64,000 bases of DNA from Actinomycetota bacterium (lineage in GTDB: Bacteria; Actinomycetota; UBA4738; JBBDHU01): the NCBI GenBank assembly GCA_040880705.1, contig JBBDHU010000007.1:137246-201245 (forward strand), in the 5' to 3' direction. Of the stretch, positions 28,014 through 37,029 are shown piece after piece. The stretch's first letter is position 1; each line of letters opens with the position of its first letter. The position numbers and the translations under genes were made by a program. The notes beneath the pieces were generated by a model. It ran no database searches. It saw nothing but the letters and a program-made list of their open reading frames with translations, and was not told the origin of the DNA.

Positions 28014-29353
28014 GCGAAAAGGCGGACGGGCTGATGAGCTTCTTGGCGCTGGCTTACTTCCACTTTTGGCCTCGCTCGCACCATTGCCGGGAGCATCAGG
28101 AGGAAGGGAAGAACCTGCGTTCTCTGCCTAGCGAGTAAGCCGTAGTTCGTTAGGGACGACAATACGAGGGAAATTCCTGTGAACGATCCCAGGACGAGGA
28201 TCACCATGCTGTTGTCGCGCCAGGACTTGATCCCCCGCAGAATCTCTCTTGCTCTGGCGACGATCAGAACTATCAGCAGCGCGCCCTCCATCGCAGCAAT
28301 CCGTGGCAAGACTCCCGATGCCTCCCACGGAAATGGCCGGAAGTTCGAAGTGATCAGGGCGTTCGGAATACCGGTCGGGCTGATGATCGAGGATGCCTGG
28401 AAATTGGAGTCACTTCCACCCAGGCCAAAGTCGGAGGTGCGCTGCGCTTCATACGCTTCCACGAGAGTGGAGTCGCCTGCAAAGCTCTTGCTGGCCCCGA
28501 TGGCGATCACGCTCAATCCGGCCAGGAGTGTGACCAGCAAAATCCAGTTTGCCGCGCGAAGCGCAGGGATCTTCAGCTTCGCCGGCCTGATCGCGAAAGC
28601 GATCGCGGCGGAAAGGGCTAGTGCAGCCCCTACAGGAGGACGAATCATCAGGACCCCGCCAATGCCAATCATCGAGATAAAGAGACCCTTCACGATTACC
28701 ATTCTGAACACCAAGGCGAAGCCATATGTCGCGAGGCCCAGGAACAGGACTATGACGGCGTCCTTGCCGAGACTGGAAGGCCAATACCACATGGAAGGCA
28801 GCAGGAAGATCAACAACGCATACATCCTTGTGTTTCCACGGGCAAACGAGAGTCTGAAAGCCTTGTAGAAGTACCACGAGCCGATAAACGATAAGGTCGA
28901 ACAGACAACAAAACCACCCAGCATCGTTGGCCCGGTTATGGCGAACAACACTCCGACCAGATAACCCATGAACTCGGTTCCCGCCGGCGGGATTGGAGGG
29001 AAATTCCAAGCCCGGAACTGTGCGGCGTATTCCGCCCCTAGGCCCATGTACCCGTTTGCGTCGGCGACCCCGTGATAAACGGACTGAATTATGAAATATC
29101 GCACAAGACTGCCGAAGACATGGGCCGCAAGGGCGAAGAACAAAAACTGTGGGCTTAAGGTTCCGTCGCGCGCCGCAACTCGTGGAATGACGATCGCTCC
29201 GATTCCAAAAGTTAGCGCGGTCACCACCACGAACATTTGCGCTTCGGGGTTGGATGTGCCGACGACTATTACGGATGCAATGGCCACGACGAGAATCAAA
29301 ACGAAGGCGGCGAGGGGCAAACCTCGTGTCGAACGCAGAGAAACGCTGGTCAC
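28010..29353 (-). CDS. Polytopic membrane protein, probable Wzy-like polymerase or GT-C
   Basis: About 11 TM segments, WPSSLGKD, RPFPWE and NYGLLARQR; AT-richer than its flanks; sits in a glycan locus. Confidence 0.6.
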   Translation of the reverse strand: MTSVSLRSTRGLPLAAFVLILVVAIASVIVVGTSNPEAQMFVVVTALTFGIGAIVIPRVAARDGTLSPQFLFFALAAHVFGSLVRYFIIQSVYHGVADANGYMGLGAEYAAQFRAWNFPPIPPAGTEFMGYLVGVLFAITGPTMLGGFVVCSTLSFIGSWYFYKAFRLSFARGNTRMYALLIFLLPSMWYWPSSLGKDAVIVLFLGLATYGFALVFRMVIVKGLFISMIGIGGVLMIRPPVGAALALSAAIAFAIRPAKLKIPALRAANWILLVTLLAGLSVIAIGASKSFAGDSTLVEAYEAQRTSDFGLGGSDSNFQASSIISPTGIPNALITSNFRPFPWEASGVLPRIAAMEGALLIVLIVARAREILRGIKSWRDNSMVILVLGSFTGISLVLSSLTNYGLLARQRTQVLPFLLMLPAMVRARPKVEVSQRQEAHQPVRLFA

Positions 29354-29387
29354 GAATCTATCCTAACCGCCCTATCGCAGGACGAGC

Positions 29388-30404
29388 CTAGAAGAGTTCC
29401 AGGTCGCCGAGGGTGAGCGCCCACCCGCGTGCCTCGAGTGGATTTGGAGCTACTCCGGAGACCGGCCGGGCGACGAAGGTGATTCCGGCCCGGGGAATCC
29501 TCCGATACCTCGCCTCGCGAAGCGCCCGGTGCGAGGGCCAGCCGGAGCCGAAGTGCGCGATGGCATGGTCCGCTCCCGCTGCCTCTGGTATCGAACGAAG
29601 AATCCCCCTCAGGCTGCCTCGGTCGCCGGGTGCGCTCAACAACTCGCAGACCACCGCCTCGCGCAGCGTTCCTCGTTTCCTCAGCCGCACGATTGCGAAC
29701 GCGGATGGTGGGTCGCCGGCCGCCAGGGCGAAGTAAGGGACGGGGCCTTCACCGTATCGCCACCTCAAGTAGAGAGAGGACCTGGACGTCGCCAGCAATC
29801 CCGAGGGCCTGTCCGTCGATTCGACCAATGCCTCTACCTCGGGCCGCTCGAGGAACTCTGCCGCCGGCTCTAAGCGGCTCGCCGCGGGAGGGGGAAACGG
29901 TGGCCCCGATCTGAGATCGCGTCGCGCGGCGGCACCGAGCAGGCGAAGGGGTCGCCGCACCCGGATCCTCACGGGCCACCGTGCGACCCTCGACCATCCA
30001 AGCTTCAGGTAGCCGGGAAGGCTTCGCTCATTCGGCGTATTGAAGACGAAAGCCACACCCTCGGACTCGCATGCCTTGAGCGCCGCGCGAGTCAAAGCGG
30101 TGAAGACCCCTCGTCGCTGAAGGGACGGATCGGTCGCCGTATCAACCGCGCGGACTGCAGGCACCTCGCCTTCGCGAGATTCGAAGCGCCAGCGCATGAA
30201 CGCTCGCAGTCCTACGATCTTCCCGTCGAGCTCGGCAACAAGTGCCAGCGAACGACCGAAAGGGTTGCCCAGGTGCTTCCATGCGAACAACTCTCCACGA
30301 TCCACGCCGGCAGGAGGCGGGCCCAGCGCGGTGGAGAGCAGTTGTACGACCGGACCGACGTCCGCATCGGTCATCTGTCGCACGGCCGGCACCGACCGGC
30401 TCAC
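29388..30404 (-). CDS. GNAT-family protein (polysaccharide-locus type)
   Basis: WKHLGNPFG, DTATDP..QRRG and FNTPNERSLPGYLKLGW. Confidence 0.85.
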   Translation of the reverse strand: MSRSVPAVRQMTDADVGPVVQLLSTALGPPPAGVDRGELFAWKHLGNPFGRSLALVAELDGKIVGLRAFMRWRFESREGEVPAVRAVDTATDPSLQRRGVFTALTRAALKACESEGVAFVFNTPNERSLPGYLKLGWSRVARWPVRIRVRRPLRLLGAAARRDLRSGPPFPPPAASRLEPAAEFLERPEVEALVESTDRPSGLLATSRSSLYLRWRYGEGPVPYFALAAGDPPSAFAIVRLRKRGTLREAVVCELLSAPGDRGSLRGILRSIPEAAGADHAIAHFGSGWPSHRALREARYRRIPRAGITFVARPVSGVAPNPLEARGWALTLGDLELF

Positions 30405-31519
30405 CCCCGTTGTCCTAGCGCTTCGCGGTACACGGACTCCGTCCGGCGGACCATTTCCTCTATCCCGAATGCTTCCGCCCTGACCGACGCGCTGTTGCCC
30501 AGGGATTCGCGGCGATCCGGATCCCCCAGTAGTTCCGAAAGCGCGGCCGCCAAGCGGGCGGAGTCCCTTACCGGAACCAGGATCCCGTCGTCGCCGTCGC
30601 CGATCACCTCGGGGACGCCTCCGGCGACGGTCGACACGACAGGGAGGCCAAGCGCCATGGCTTCCAGTAGCGATAGGGGCATCCCCTCGAATAGCGAGGG
30701 GAGGGCGAACACGTCGAATGCCCGCATCAGCCGCGAAGCTGAAGGCCGGTAACCCGCGAGCACAACATTTCGTTGAAGACCGAGAGACGCGATTGCCGAC
30801 TCGATGGGGGCGGGATCGATGGGGAGACCGATGGCAACGAAGACGGCGTTCGGGGAACGGTCGACGACTTCGCGCGCGGCCCGGACCAGATCCTCGTGAC
30901 CCTTCTTGGCGGTGAGACCTCCTACCGTTCCCACTACCGGAACATCTTCCGGCAGGCCGAGTTCCCTGCGCGCGTCCTCACGGGAGAGCGCGTCCCGGCG
31001 AAGGGCATCGGCATCGATTCCGTTCGGGATGACGCGAAGTCCTGGCCGAGGACCTATAGAGCGCGCGACGCTTTCGGAAACGGCAATCGAGGCGTCGTTC
31101 ATCGCGAAGGTAGCTCTATTCATGATTCGGGTTGCCGGAACATATCGATCCCAGGTGTTGTGCTCGGTGTAGACGATGGCCGGGCGGGCCCGGCCGCCGA
31201 GCGAGCGGGCGGCCAGCCTGGCGCCAACACCTGCGTAGGGGAGGTGCGCATGCACCAGCTCGATCTTTCGCTCCGACATTAGGCGGCGGAGCTTCCCTAT
31301 CCACGAGACATCCCATTCGTTCCGAATGGACAGGGAATCGACCTGAGTCCCGCCGGCCCTCAGTTCCTCTGCAAGCTGGTCTTTCCAGGGAAGCAGGTAG
31401 CAAACCGAGACTTCGAACTGCTCCGCATCCACATGTGGGGCGGAGGAAACCAGGAGTCGTTCAGCCCCTCCGGGGCCCAGCCCCTTGATGAGCCACAGAA
31501 CCCGGGCCGTGGAGGCCAC
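30401..31519 (-). CDS. GT4 glycosyltransferase
   Basis: GGAER, YTEHN, KKGH and PSLFEGMPLSLLEA. Confidence 0.92.
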   Translation of the reverse strand: MASTARVLWLIKGLGPGGAERLLVSSAPHVDAEQFEVSVCYLLPWKDQLAEELRAGGTQVDSLSIRNEWDVSWIGKLRRLMSERKIELVHAHLPYAGVGARLAARSLGGRARPAIVYTEHNTWDRYVPATRIMNRATFAMNDASIAVSESVARSIGPRPGLRVIPNGIDADALRRDALSREDARRELGLPEDVPVVGTVGGLTAKKGHEDLVRAAREVVDRSPNAVFVAIGLPIDPAPIESAIASLGLQRNVVLAGYRPSASRLMRAFDVFALPSLFEGMPLSLLEAMALGLPVVSTVAGGVPEVIGDGDDGILVPVRDSARLAAALSELLGDPDRRESLGNSASVRAEAFGIEEMVRRTESVYREALGQRG

Positions 31520-31524
31520 GCGGT

Positions 31525-33498
31525 CTAGCCGAAGAAGAAGTCGTCGGCCTCTTTCGAGGGCTTACTGCCGGCCTCGGCGGGCTCGGTGGTCTCGTCCTCA
31601 GAAGGACCCGGATTAGCGACGGGCATGTCCCTCTTAGGCGCCGGTGCCGGTGCCGGTGCCGGTGCCGGCGATGGCGCGGGCCGAGACGGGGGTGCGGGCC
31701 GAGACGGGGGTGCGGGCGCGGCGGACGGACCGGAGACCTGCTCGTCGATCCGACCGTCCCTGTCGACGGAAGACTCGGCCGGCTCCATGATGCGCTCGGG
31801 CTCGGGTACGGGTTCCCGCACGATTTCACTCTGGCGCCTTCTCCGCTCGCGCCGGGCCAGACGCTCTCCCTTCTTGTCGGTCCGTCCCGCCGTGTAGTAC
31901 TCGCGGGCGTACTGGTAGTAGTCCGAGTAATAGTGTGGCGTTGGTCCGAAGTTGTTAACGATCGCGCCGACGATACGGGCCCGCACCTTCGCAAGCTGTG
32001 CGCTGGCCTGAGTAAGCGCTCGGCGGCTGGTGGTCTCGCTGACGACGAACAGGACGCCGTCCGAGAACGACGAAAGAACCGAGGCGTCTGCCAGTCCGAG
32101 CACCGGAGTCGTGTCGGCGATCAACCAGTCGGTCACTTCGGCTATTTGATCCAAGAAGTCCCGCATGACCGGAGAGCCGAGCAACTCGACGGGATTCGGT
32201 GGAATCGGTCCTCCGCTGACGATGCGAAGCCCCGGAATGCCGGGGTTCTGCACGACCTCTTCCAACGACGCCTGAGCCGAAAGGAAACTCGAAAGCCCGA
32301 CGCGATTCGGCAAATCGAAGAACCTATGAACAGAGGGACGCCTCAGGTCGGCATCGGCCAGCAGGACCCTTTGGCCGGCCTGTGCCATGACCACGGCCAG
32401 GTTCGCGGCAGTCGTCGATTTGCCTTCCGCCTGCATCGGACTGGTCAGCAACACTCTCCTGAGGGGCCCGGTCGCCGCCATGAACATGAGGTTTGTTCGA
32501 AGGGTCCTGTAGGCCTCGGTCGCCGGTGCCTTGGGATCCTCGAGCGCGACCAGATAGTCGCGCTCGGGTCTGCCCGTTTCCCTCTCCTTTTTGCCCTTCG
32601 GGCTCTCACTCCGGGCAACACGGAAGTGCGGGATCGCCCCGATCGTCGGCGCGCCGGCCTGCCGCTCGATGTCGTCCGTGCCGCGCAAACTGTCGTCCAT
32701 GTAGTCCCTCACGAACGCACCAGCCGAGCCGATGACCAAACCGACGATGACGGCGAGGATGGCGTCTCGGACGTGGTCGGGTCGAGCCGGCTTGGAGGGA
32801 ACGCCCGCGCGCTTGATGACGTTCTCGGACGTCTTCAGCTGTTCGATAAGCGCTGTGATCTCGTTCTGCTGGCGTAGAAGGTCGGAACGCAGCGCCTTTA
32901 GCCGGGCCTGCTCGGGAACCAGCTCTGGCGACCTGATTGGGTTGAAATTGCCCATTTGAACCAGTTGCCGATTCGTCTCCGTCAGCTGCTGCTTGATCGA
33001 AGCCAGGGGGATGTCGAACACCCCTTTGATCTGCTGCTCTCGACGATAGATGAGGTATTGGTCGGCAAACGCCTGGGCGATCGCGGCGGCCTTCCCGGGA
33101 TCGGTATTCGCGGCCCGGAATAGGAGGATGGAGGTCTCCTTCTTCGGGCCCACCACAACGGAGCCCGCCAACTCTCCCGGGGTGGCGTTGATCCCCTCCT
33201 TCTTCAAGTCCTCCGCGACCCTAGCCGCAACAGCTTCGCTGGAAGCGATGGCCGCCTCGTCCTCGATGCTTAGGTCCCCGAATATGACCCCACCCGAGCC
33301 ATCCACCGCGGCGGGCGGGGCGGGAACCAAAACCTGTGCCTCCGATTCGTAAGCCGGAGTCTGGCGATACGAGTAGTACATGACTCCTACAACAACGAGG
33401 GTCAGCAGAATGAGGCCCGTCCACTTCCGCGCTGCAAGGATTCGAAAGTACTCGCGCAGCTCGATGGAATCTCGCTGCTGTCCCTCTGCTTCGCTCAC
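31525..33498 (-). CDS. Wzz/BY-kinase fusion (polysaccharide co-polymerase, tyrosine autokinase)
   Basis: Two TM helices, EAYRTLRTN, Walker A EGKST, DADLRRP and Tyr cluster HYYSDYYQYAREYY. Confidence 0.9.
   Translation of the reverse strand: MSEAEGQQRDSIELREYFRILAARKWTGLILLTLVVVGVMYYSYRQTPAYESEAQVLVPAPPAAVDGSGGVIFGDLSIEDEAAIASSEAVAARVAEDLKKEGINATPGELAGSVVVGPKKETSILLFRAANTDPGKAAAIAQAFADQYLIYRREQQIKGVFDIPLASIKQQLTETNRQLVQMGNFNPIRSPELVPEQARLKALRSDLLRQQNEITALIEQLKTSENVIKRAGVPSKPARPDHVRDAILAVIVGLVIGSAGAFVRDYMDDSLRGTDDIERQAGAPTIGAIPHFRVARSESPKGKKERETGRPERDYLVALEDPKAPATEAYRTLRTNLMFMAATGPLRRVLLTSPMQAEGKSTTAANLAVVMAQAGQRVLLADADLRRPSVHRFFDLPNRVGLSSFLSAQASLEEVVQNPGIPGLRIVSGGPIPPNPVELLGSPVMRDFLDQIAEVTDWLIADTTPVLGLADASVLSSFSDGVLFVVSETTSRRALTQASAQLAKVRARIVGAIVNNFGPTPHYYSDYYQYAREYYTAGRTDKKGERLARRERRRRQSEIVREPVPEPERIMEPAESSVDRDGRIDEQVSGPSAAPAPPSRPAPPSRPAPSPAPAPAPAPAPKRDMPVANPGPSEDETTEPAEAGSKPSKEADDFFFG
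31640..31711. repeat. Coding tandem repeats: (GCCGGT)x4 and an 18-mer x2
   Basis: GCCGGT repeats at 31640-31663; GCGGGCCGAGACGGGGGT at 31676 and 31694. They encode the PA and APPSRP repeats of the kinase tail. Confidence 0.9.
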
Positions 33499-33687
33499 GG
33501 GGGTCCCAGGTAGGTCGTCGGTTCCGAGGCGGTCATCCCGGAGACTTTAGGGCCGGAACGGCCTTGCGACAATACGCAGGGATTGAGGCTACCGCGGCGC
33601 TTTCGCGTGCGTCAACGAATGGACTCCGGGCACCGCGGGCGGCGATAGAATGACGCCTGCGAACCCCCCAATTGTGAAAGGAACTCC

Positions 33688-34872
33688 ATGCGCGTGCTGG
33701 TCCTCGGCGGCGACGGCTACCTCGGGTGGCCGACCGCGATGCACTTCTCCAAGCGGGGACATGAGGTGCACGCGGTGGACAACTACCTCCGCCGTCGCGC
33801 GCATTCTGAAGCCGGAACAGACTCGCTGACGCCGATCTTGGATTCGCTTGCCAGGCGAGCGGCCGCCTGGAAGGACGTAACCGGGCTCTCCATAGGTGTC
33901 ACCGAGGGGGACCTCTGCGACTGGGAGGTGGCCGAACGGGTCATCGGGAACTTCCGGCCCGACACGATCATCCACTACGGGGAGATGCCGTCGGCGCCGT
34001 ATTCCATGAAGGACAGAGAGCACGCCGTCTTCACCCAATACAACAACGTCGTCGGGACTCTGAACGTGCTGTGGGCGATGCGCGACCTCGCCCCCGACGC
34101 GCACTTGGTGAAGCTGGGGACCATGGGCGAATACGGGACCCCCAAGATCGACATCGAAGAGGGATTCATCGAGATCGAGCACAAGGGAAGAAAGGACACG
34201 CTCCCCTTCCCCAAGATGCCCGGTTCGATCTACCACCTGTCCAAGGTTCACGATTCCCACAACATCCAGTTCGTTTGCCGGATCTGGGGACTGCGGGCGA
34301 CAGACCTCAATCAGGGCGTCGTTTACGGGATCGAGACCGATGAGACGAGACTGGATGAGCGATTCCTCACGCGTTTCGACTACGACGACGTATTCGGCAC
34401 TGCCCTCAACCGCTTCTGTCTGCAGACGGTGATCGGCCACCCGTTGACCATCTACGGAACGGGCGGTCAGACTCGAGGATATCTGAACATCGTCGACACC
34501 TTGCAATGCGTCGATCTGGCCGCGGCGAACCCCCCGGGTGAGGGCGAGTATCGCGTCTTCAACCAGTTCACGGAGACTTTCTCCTTGATGGAACTCGCGG
34601 ATGTGGTTCAGCACGCTGGGCGCGAGGTCGGATTCGAGGTGGCGGTCAATCACCTGAACAACCCCCGCGTCGAGGCCGAGGACCACTACTACAATCCGAC
34701 TCATACGAAGTTGCTCGACCTCGGCTTGAAGCCGCACTTGCTGTCGGACACGCTGATCGAATCGATGCTCGCGTTGATCGCCCGCTACAAGGACCGTGTG
34801 ATAGCCGACCACATCCTCCCCACGACCCGGTGGCGCCCGGAAACGCGCCAGAAACAAGCGGCTCTCGAGTAG
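33688..34872 (+). CDS. sqdB: UDP-sulfoquinovose synthase
   Basis: GGDGYLGWPTA, SAPYSM, HLVKLGTMGEYG, YHLSKVHDS, DLNQGVVYG, FNQFTE and NPRVE. Confidence 0.9.
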   Translation: MRVLVLGGDGYLGWPTAMHFSKRGHEVHAVDNYLRRRAHSEAGTDSLTPILDSLARRAAAWKDVTGLSIGVTEGDLCDWEVAERVIGNFRPDTIIHYGEMPSAPYSMKDREHAVFTQYNNVVGTLNVLWAMRDLAPDAHLVKLGTMGEYGTPKIDIEEGFIEIEHKGRKDTLPFPKMPGSIYHLSKVHDSHNIQFVCRIWGLRATDLNQGVVYGIETDETRLDERFLTRFDYDDVFGTALNRFCLQTVIGHPLTIYGTGGQTRGYLNIVDTLQCVDLAAANPPGEGEYRVFNQFTETFSLMELADVVQHAGREVGFEVAVNHLNNPRVEAEDHYYNPTHTKLLDLGLKPHLLSDTLIESMLALIARYKDRVIADHILPTTRWRPETRQKQAALE

Positions 34873-35919
34873 ATGATCGCGCTTCGGATCGTCGGCGCGC
34901 TCGTTGCCGTCGTGCTTCTGGCAACCTCGGTTCCTCGGTACCGCCGGCGCCAGATCAGCCGGCTCAACCTAATCATCTCGTGGGTCATCGGCACCGTCAT
35001 CATCTCTTTGGCCATCGCACCCGAACTCTTCAACCCTTTCTTCGACCTGTTCAACTTCCGGCCGGGGAACAACCGGAGGCTCACGGCAGTACTGCTCTTC
35101 GCCGTGATCGTGCTGTTCGTCCTAATATTCCGAATCCAGTCCTACACGGATGTGAACGAACGAAGCATCCGCCTCCTGGTCGAGGCACTGGGCGTTCAGG
35201 CGTTCGACTGGAAGCGCTCCGAGGACTTGCCACCTCATCCGCTCCTCGTAACCGTCTCCCCCGCTTACAACGAAGAGGAGAACGTCGGCTCCGTCCTCCA
35301 CGCAATGCCCAAGGAGGTGGAGGGCTATAACGTCGTGTCGCTCGTGGTCAGCGACGCGTCAGAGGACCGAACCGCGGAGGTTGCACGTCAGCACGGCGCT
35401 CTTGTCGCGGAACTTCCGATCAGGCGCGGGGGCGGCCTGGCGCTTCGCGTCGGGTACGACATCGCGCTGAAACTCGGCGCCGACATCATCGTGACACTTG
35501 ACGCCGACGGACAGCATCAACCCGGGGAACTTCCGGTAATGGTCAAGCCGATCGCCGCGGGCGAGGCCGACTACGTCAACGGTTCCAGGCTTCTCGGCGC
35601 CTTCCAGAGCGAGAGCCTGATCCGCCACCTCGGAGTCCACTTCTTCTCCCGGCTGGTGACGATCCTTACGGGCCGCCGGGTGACCGACATATCCAGTGGG
35701 TACCGGGCGGCAACGGCCGACCTCATGAGGAAACTCGTCCTCGAGCAGGACCAGTTCTGGACGAGCGAGGTCCTCATCGAGGCGCTACGCCACCGGGCCC
35801 GGATCGAGGAGGTTCCCATCACTATCGAAGCTCGAAAGGGCGGCAAATCGAAGAAGCCTCCGCCGCTCAAGTACGCGTGGCACTTCACCAAGGCCATCAT
35901 TCAGACCTGGCTGCGCTAG
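34873..35919 (+). CDS. DUF2304-like membrane domain fused to a GT2 (DPM-synthase-like) glycosyltransferase
   Basis: Three N-terminal TM helices; PAYNEE, DADGQH, GSR and DISSGYRA. Confidence 0.85.
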   Translation: MIALRIVGALVAVVLLATSVPRYRRRQISRLNLIISWVIGTVIISLAIAPELFNPFFDLFNFRPGNNRRLTAVLLFAVIVLFVLIFRIQSYTDVNERSIRLLVEALGVQAFDWKRSEDLPPHPLLVTVSPAYNEEENVGSVLHAMPKEVEGYNVVSLVVSDASEDRTAEVARQHGALVAELPIRRGGGLALRVGYDIALKLGADIIVTLDADGQHQPGELPVMVKPIAAGEADYVNGSRLLGAFQSESLIRHLGVHFFSRLVTILTGRRVTDISSGYRAATADLMRKLVLEQDQFWTSEVLIEALRHRARIEEVPITIEARKGGKSKKPPPLKYAWHFTKAIIQTWLR

Positions 35920-36572
35920 TCGCCCGGTAGCCCCGTCAAGAGTTCCTTCACGGCTTCGGCCGGGTCGGCGGCATCACACACCGCACGGACGACGACTACC
36001 CGCGAGGCGCCGGCTTCCACGACTTCATGGAGGGTTTCGGGATCGATTCCTCCTATCGCGAACCAGGGTCGCGTGACCTTCTCTGTGGCATGGCGCACGA
36101 GTTCGAGGCCGGTCGCCGCGCGCCCCGGTTTCGTCGGGGTCTCGTAGACCGGCCCGGCGGTCACGTAGTCGGCTTCAGGTGCCGCCAGATCCTGTTGCTC
36201 GCCAGAGTGACACGAGAGTCCGATGATCGCGTCGGGCCCCAGTATGTCGCGCGCCGCCGAGGGGGGCAGATCGTCCTGGCCGAGATGCACGCCGTCGGCG
36301 TCCAGCGCCCGCGCGACATCGGGTCGGTCGTTGACGATGAACAGCGCGCGGTGCATCGCACACGCTTCCGTGAACACCTCGCCCCATTTGAGAAGGTCAC
36401 GCGCATCGGCGTCCTTTTCGCGAAGCTCGACCATGTCCACGCCTGCGTCGAGGATCGCCTCCAGGAAATCGCGAAGGTCGCCCCGGCGCTCGCGCGCGTC
36501 CGTGACCACGAACAATCGCGCCGCGTTCAGCCGGTCGCGACGGTCGTCGCCGGCGAGGCTACCCACCGGCAA
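35916..36572 (-). CDS. thiE: Thiamine-phosphate synthase
   Basis: ELREK, VNDRPD, GVHLGQDD, TPTKPG and FAIGGI. Confidence 0.95.
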   Translation of the reverse strand: MPVGSLAGDDRRDRLNAARLFVVTDARERRGDLRDFLEAILDAGVDMVELREKDADARDLLKWGEVFTEACAMHRALFIVNDRPDVARALDADGVHLGQDDLPPSAARDILGPDAIIGLSCHSGEQQDLAAPEADYVTAGPVYETPTKPGRAATGLELVRHATEKVTRPWFAIGGIDPETLHEVVEAGASRVVVVRAVCDAADPAEAVKELLTGLPGD

Positions 36573-36759
36573 CCGCGCGGACCAACTCGATGCGGTCGCC
36601 CATCGACAGGCTCACCTCCGCGTAGCGTTTTCGCTCCATCGCCTCGCCGTTGTGTTCGACGATCACGAAGCGCGGATCGAGACCGAGCGACTTGATCAAG
36701 TCTTCTACCGTCCACCCGGGTTCCATGGCTCTCGGCTTCCCGTTGGCAACGACCTCCAT
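36559..36759 (-). CDS. thiS: Sulfur carrier protein ThiS
   Basis: MEVVANG...VEHNG...GDRIELVRAVAGG with a C-terminal GG; start trimmed. Confidence 0.93.
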   Translation of the reverse strand: MEVVANGKPRAMEPGWTVEDLIKSLGLDPRFVIVEHNGEAMERKRYAEVSLSMGDRIELVRAVAGG

Positions 36760-36792
36760 GCGTCCGGCGTTTGCCGTTACCATCTGTGCCTG

Positions 36793-37029
36793 TTGCGATA
36801 CGTATACATTGGAGACCACTGGACCGACCCACGGCTGAAGGGCGCGCGCTGCGACCCCGTCCTGCGGCCCGACGGGCGATGCGTGGTTTCGGGAAAATTG
36901 GCGAACGCTCTCGTCGTCTTCGAGGACGGCCGCCGCCGGGTGGTCAACCGCAGGTGTCTGCGGCTGGCGAGCAAACTGGAAGCGAAGGTCACCGGCTCGC
37001 GGAAAGGGAACGCTCTGCAGCAGGCGTGA
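36793..37029 (+). CDS. Small basic hypothetical protein (78 aa), antisense within the thi operon
   Basis: MRYVYIGDHWTDPRLKGARCDPVLRPDGRCVVSGKLANALVVFEDGRRRVVNRRCLRL. Occupies the thiH-thiS gap; TACCAT upstream. Confidence 0.6.
   Translation: MRYVYIGDHWTDPRLKGARCDPVLRPDGRCVVSGKLANALVVFEDGRRRVVNRRCLRLASKLEAKVTGSRKGNALQQA

Noticed and set aside
31640-31711. Tandem repeats as a CRISPR array or phase-variation tract
   Set aside because: Unit lengths of 6 and 18 nt keep the frame, there are no spacers or cas genes, and they encode a Pro/Ala linker.
33589-34857. 422-aa minus-strand ORF, and similar long ORFs at 4653..5936, 38979..40319, 45899..47305 and 54803..55924
   Set aside because: Antisense or alternative-frame shadows of well-supported genes, expected at this GC content.
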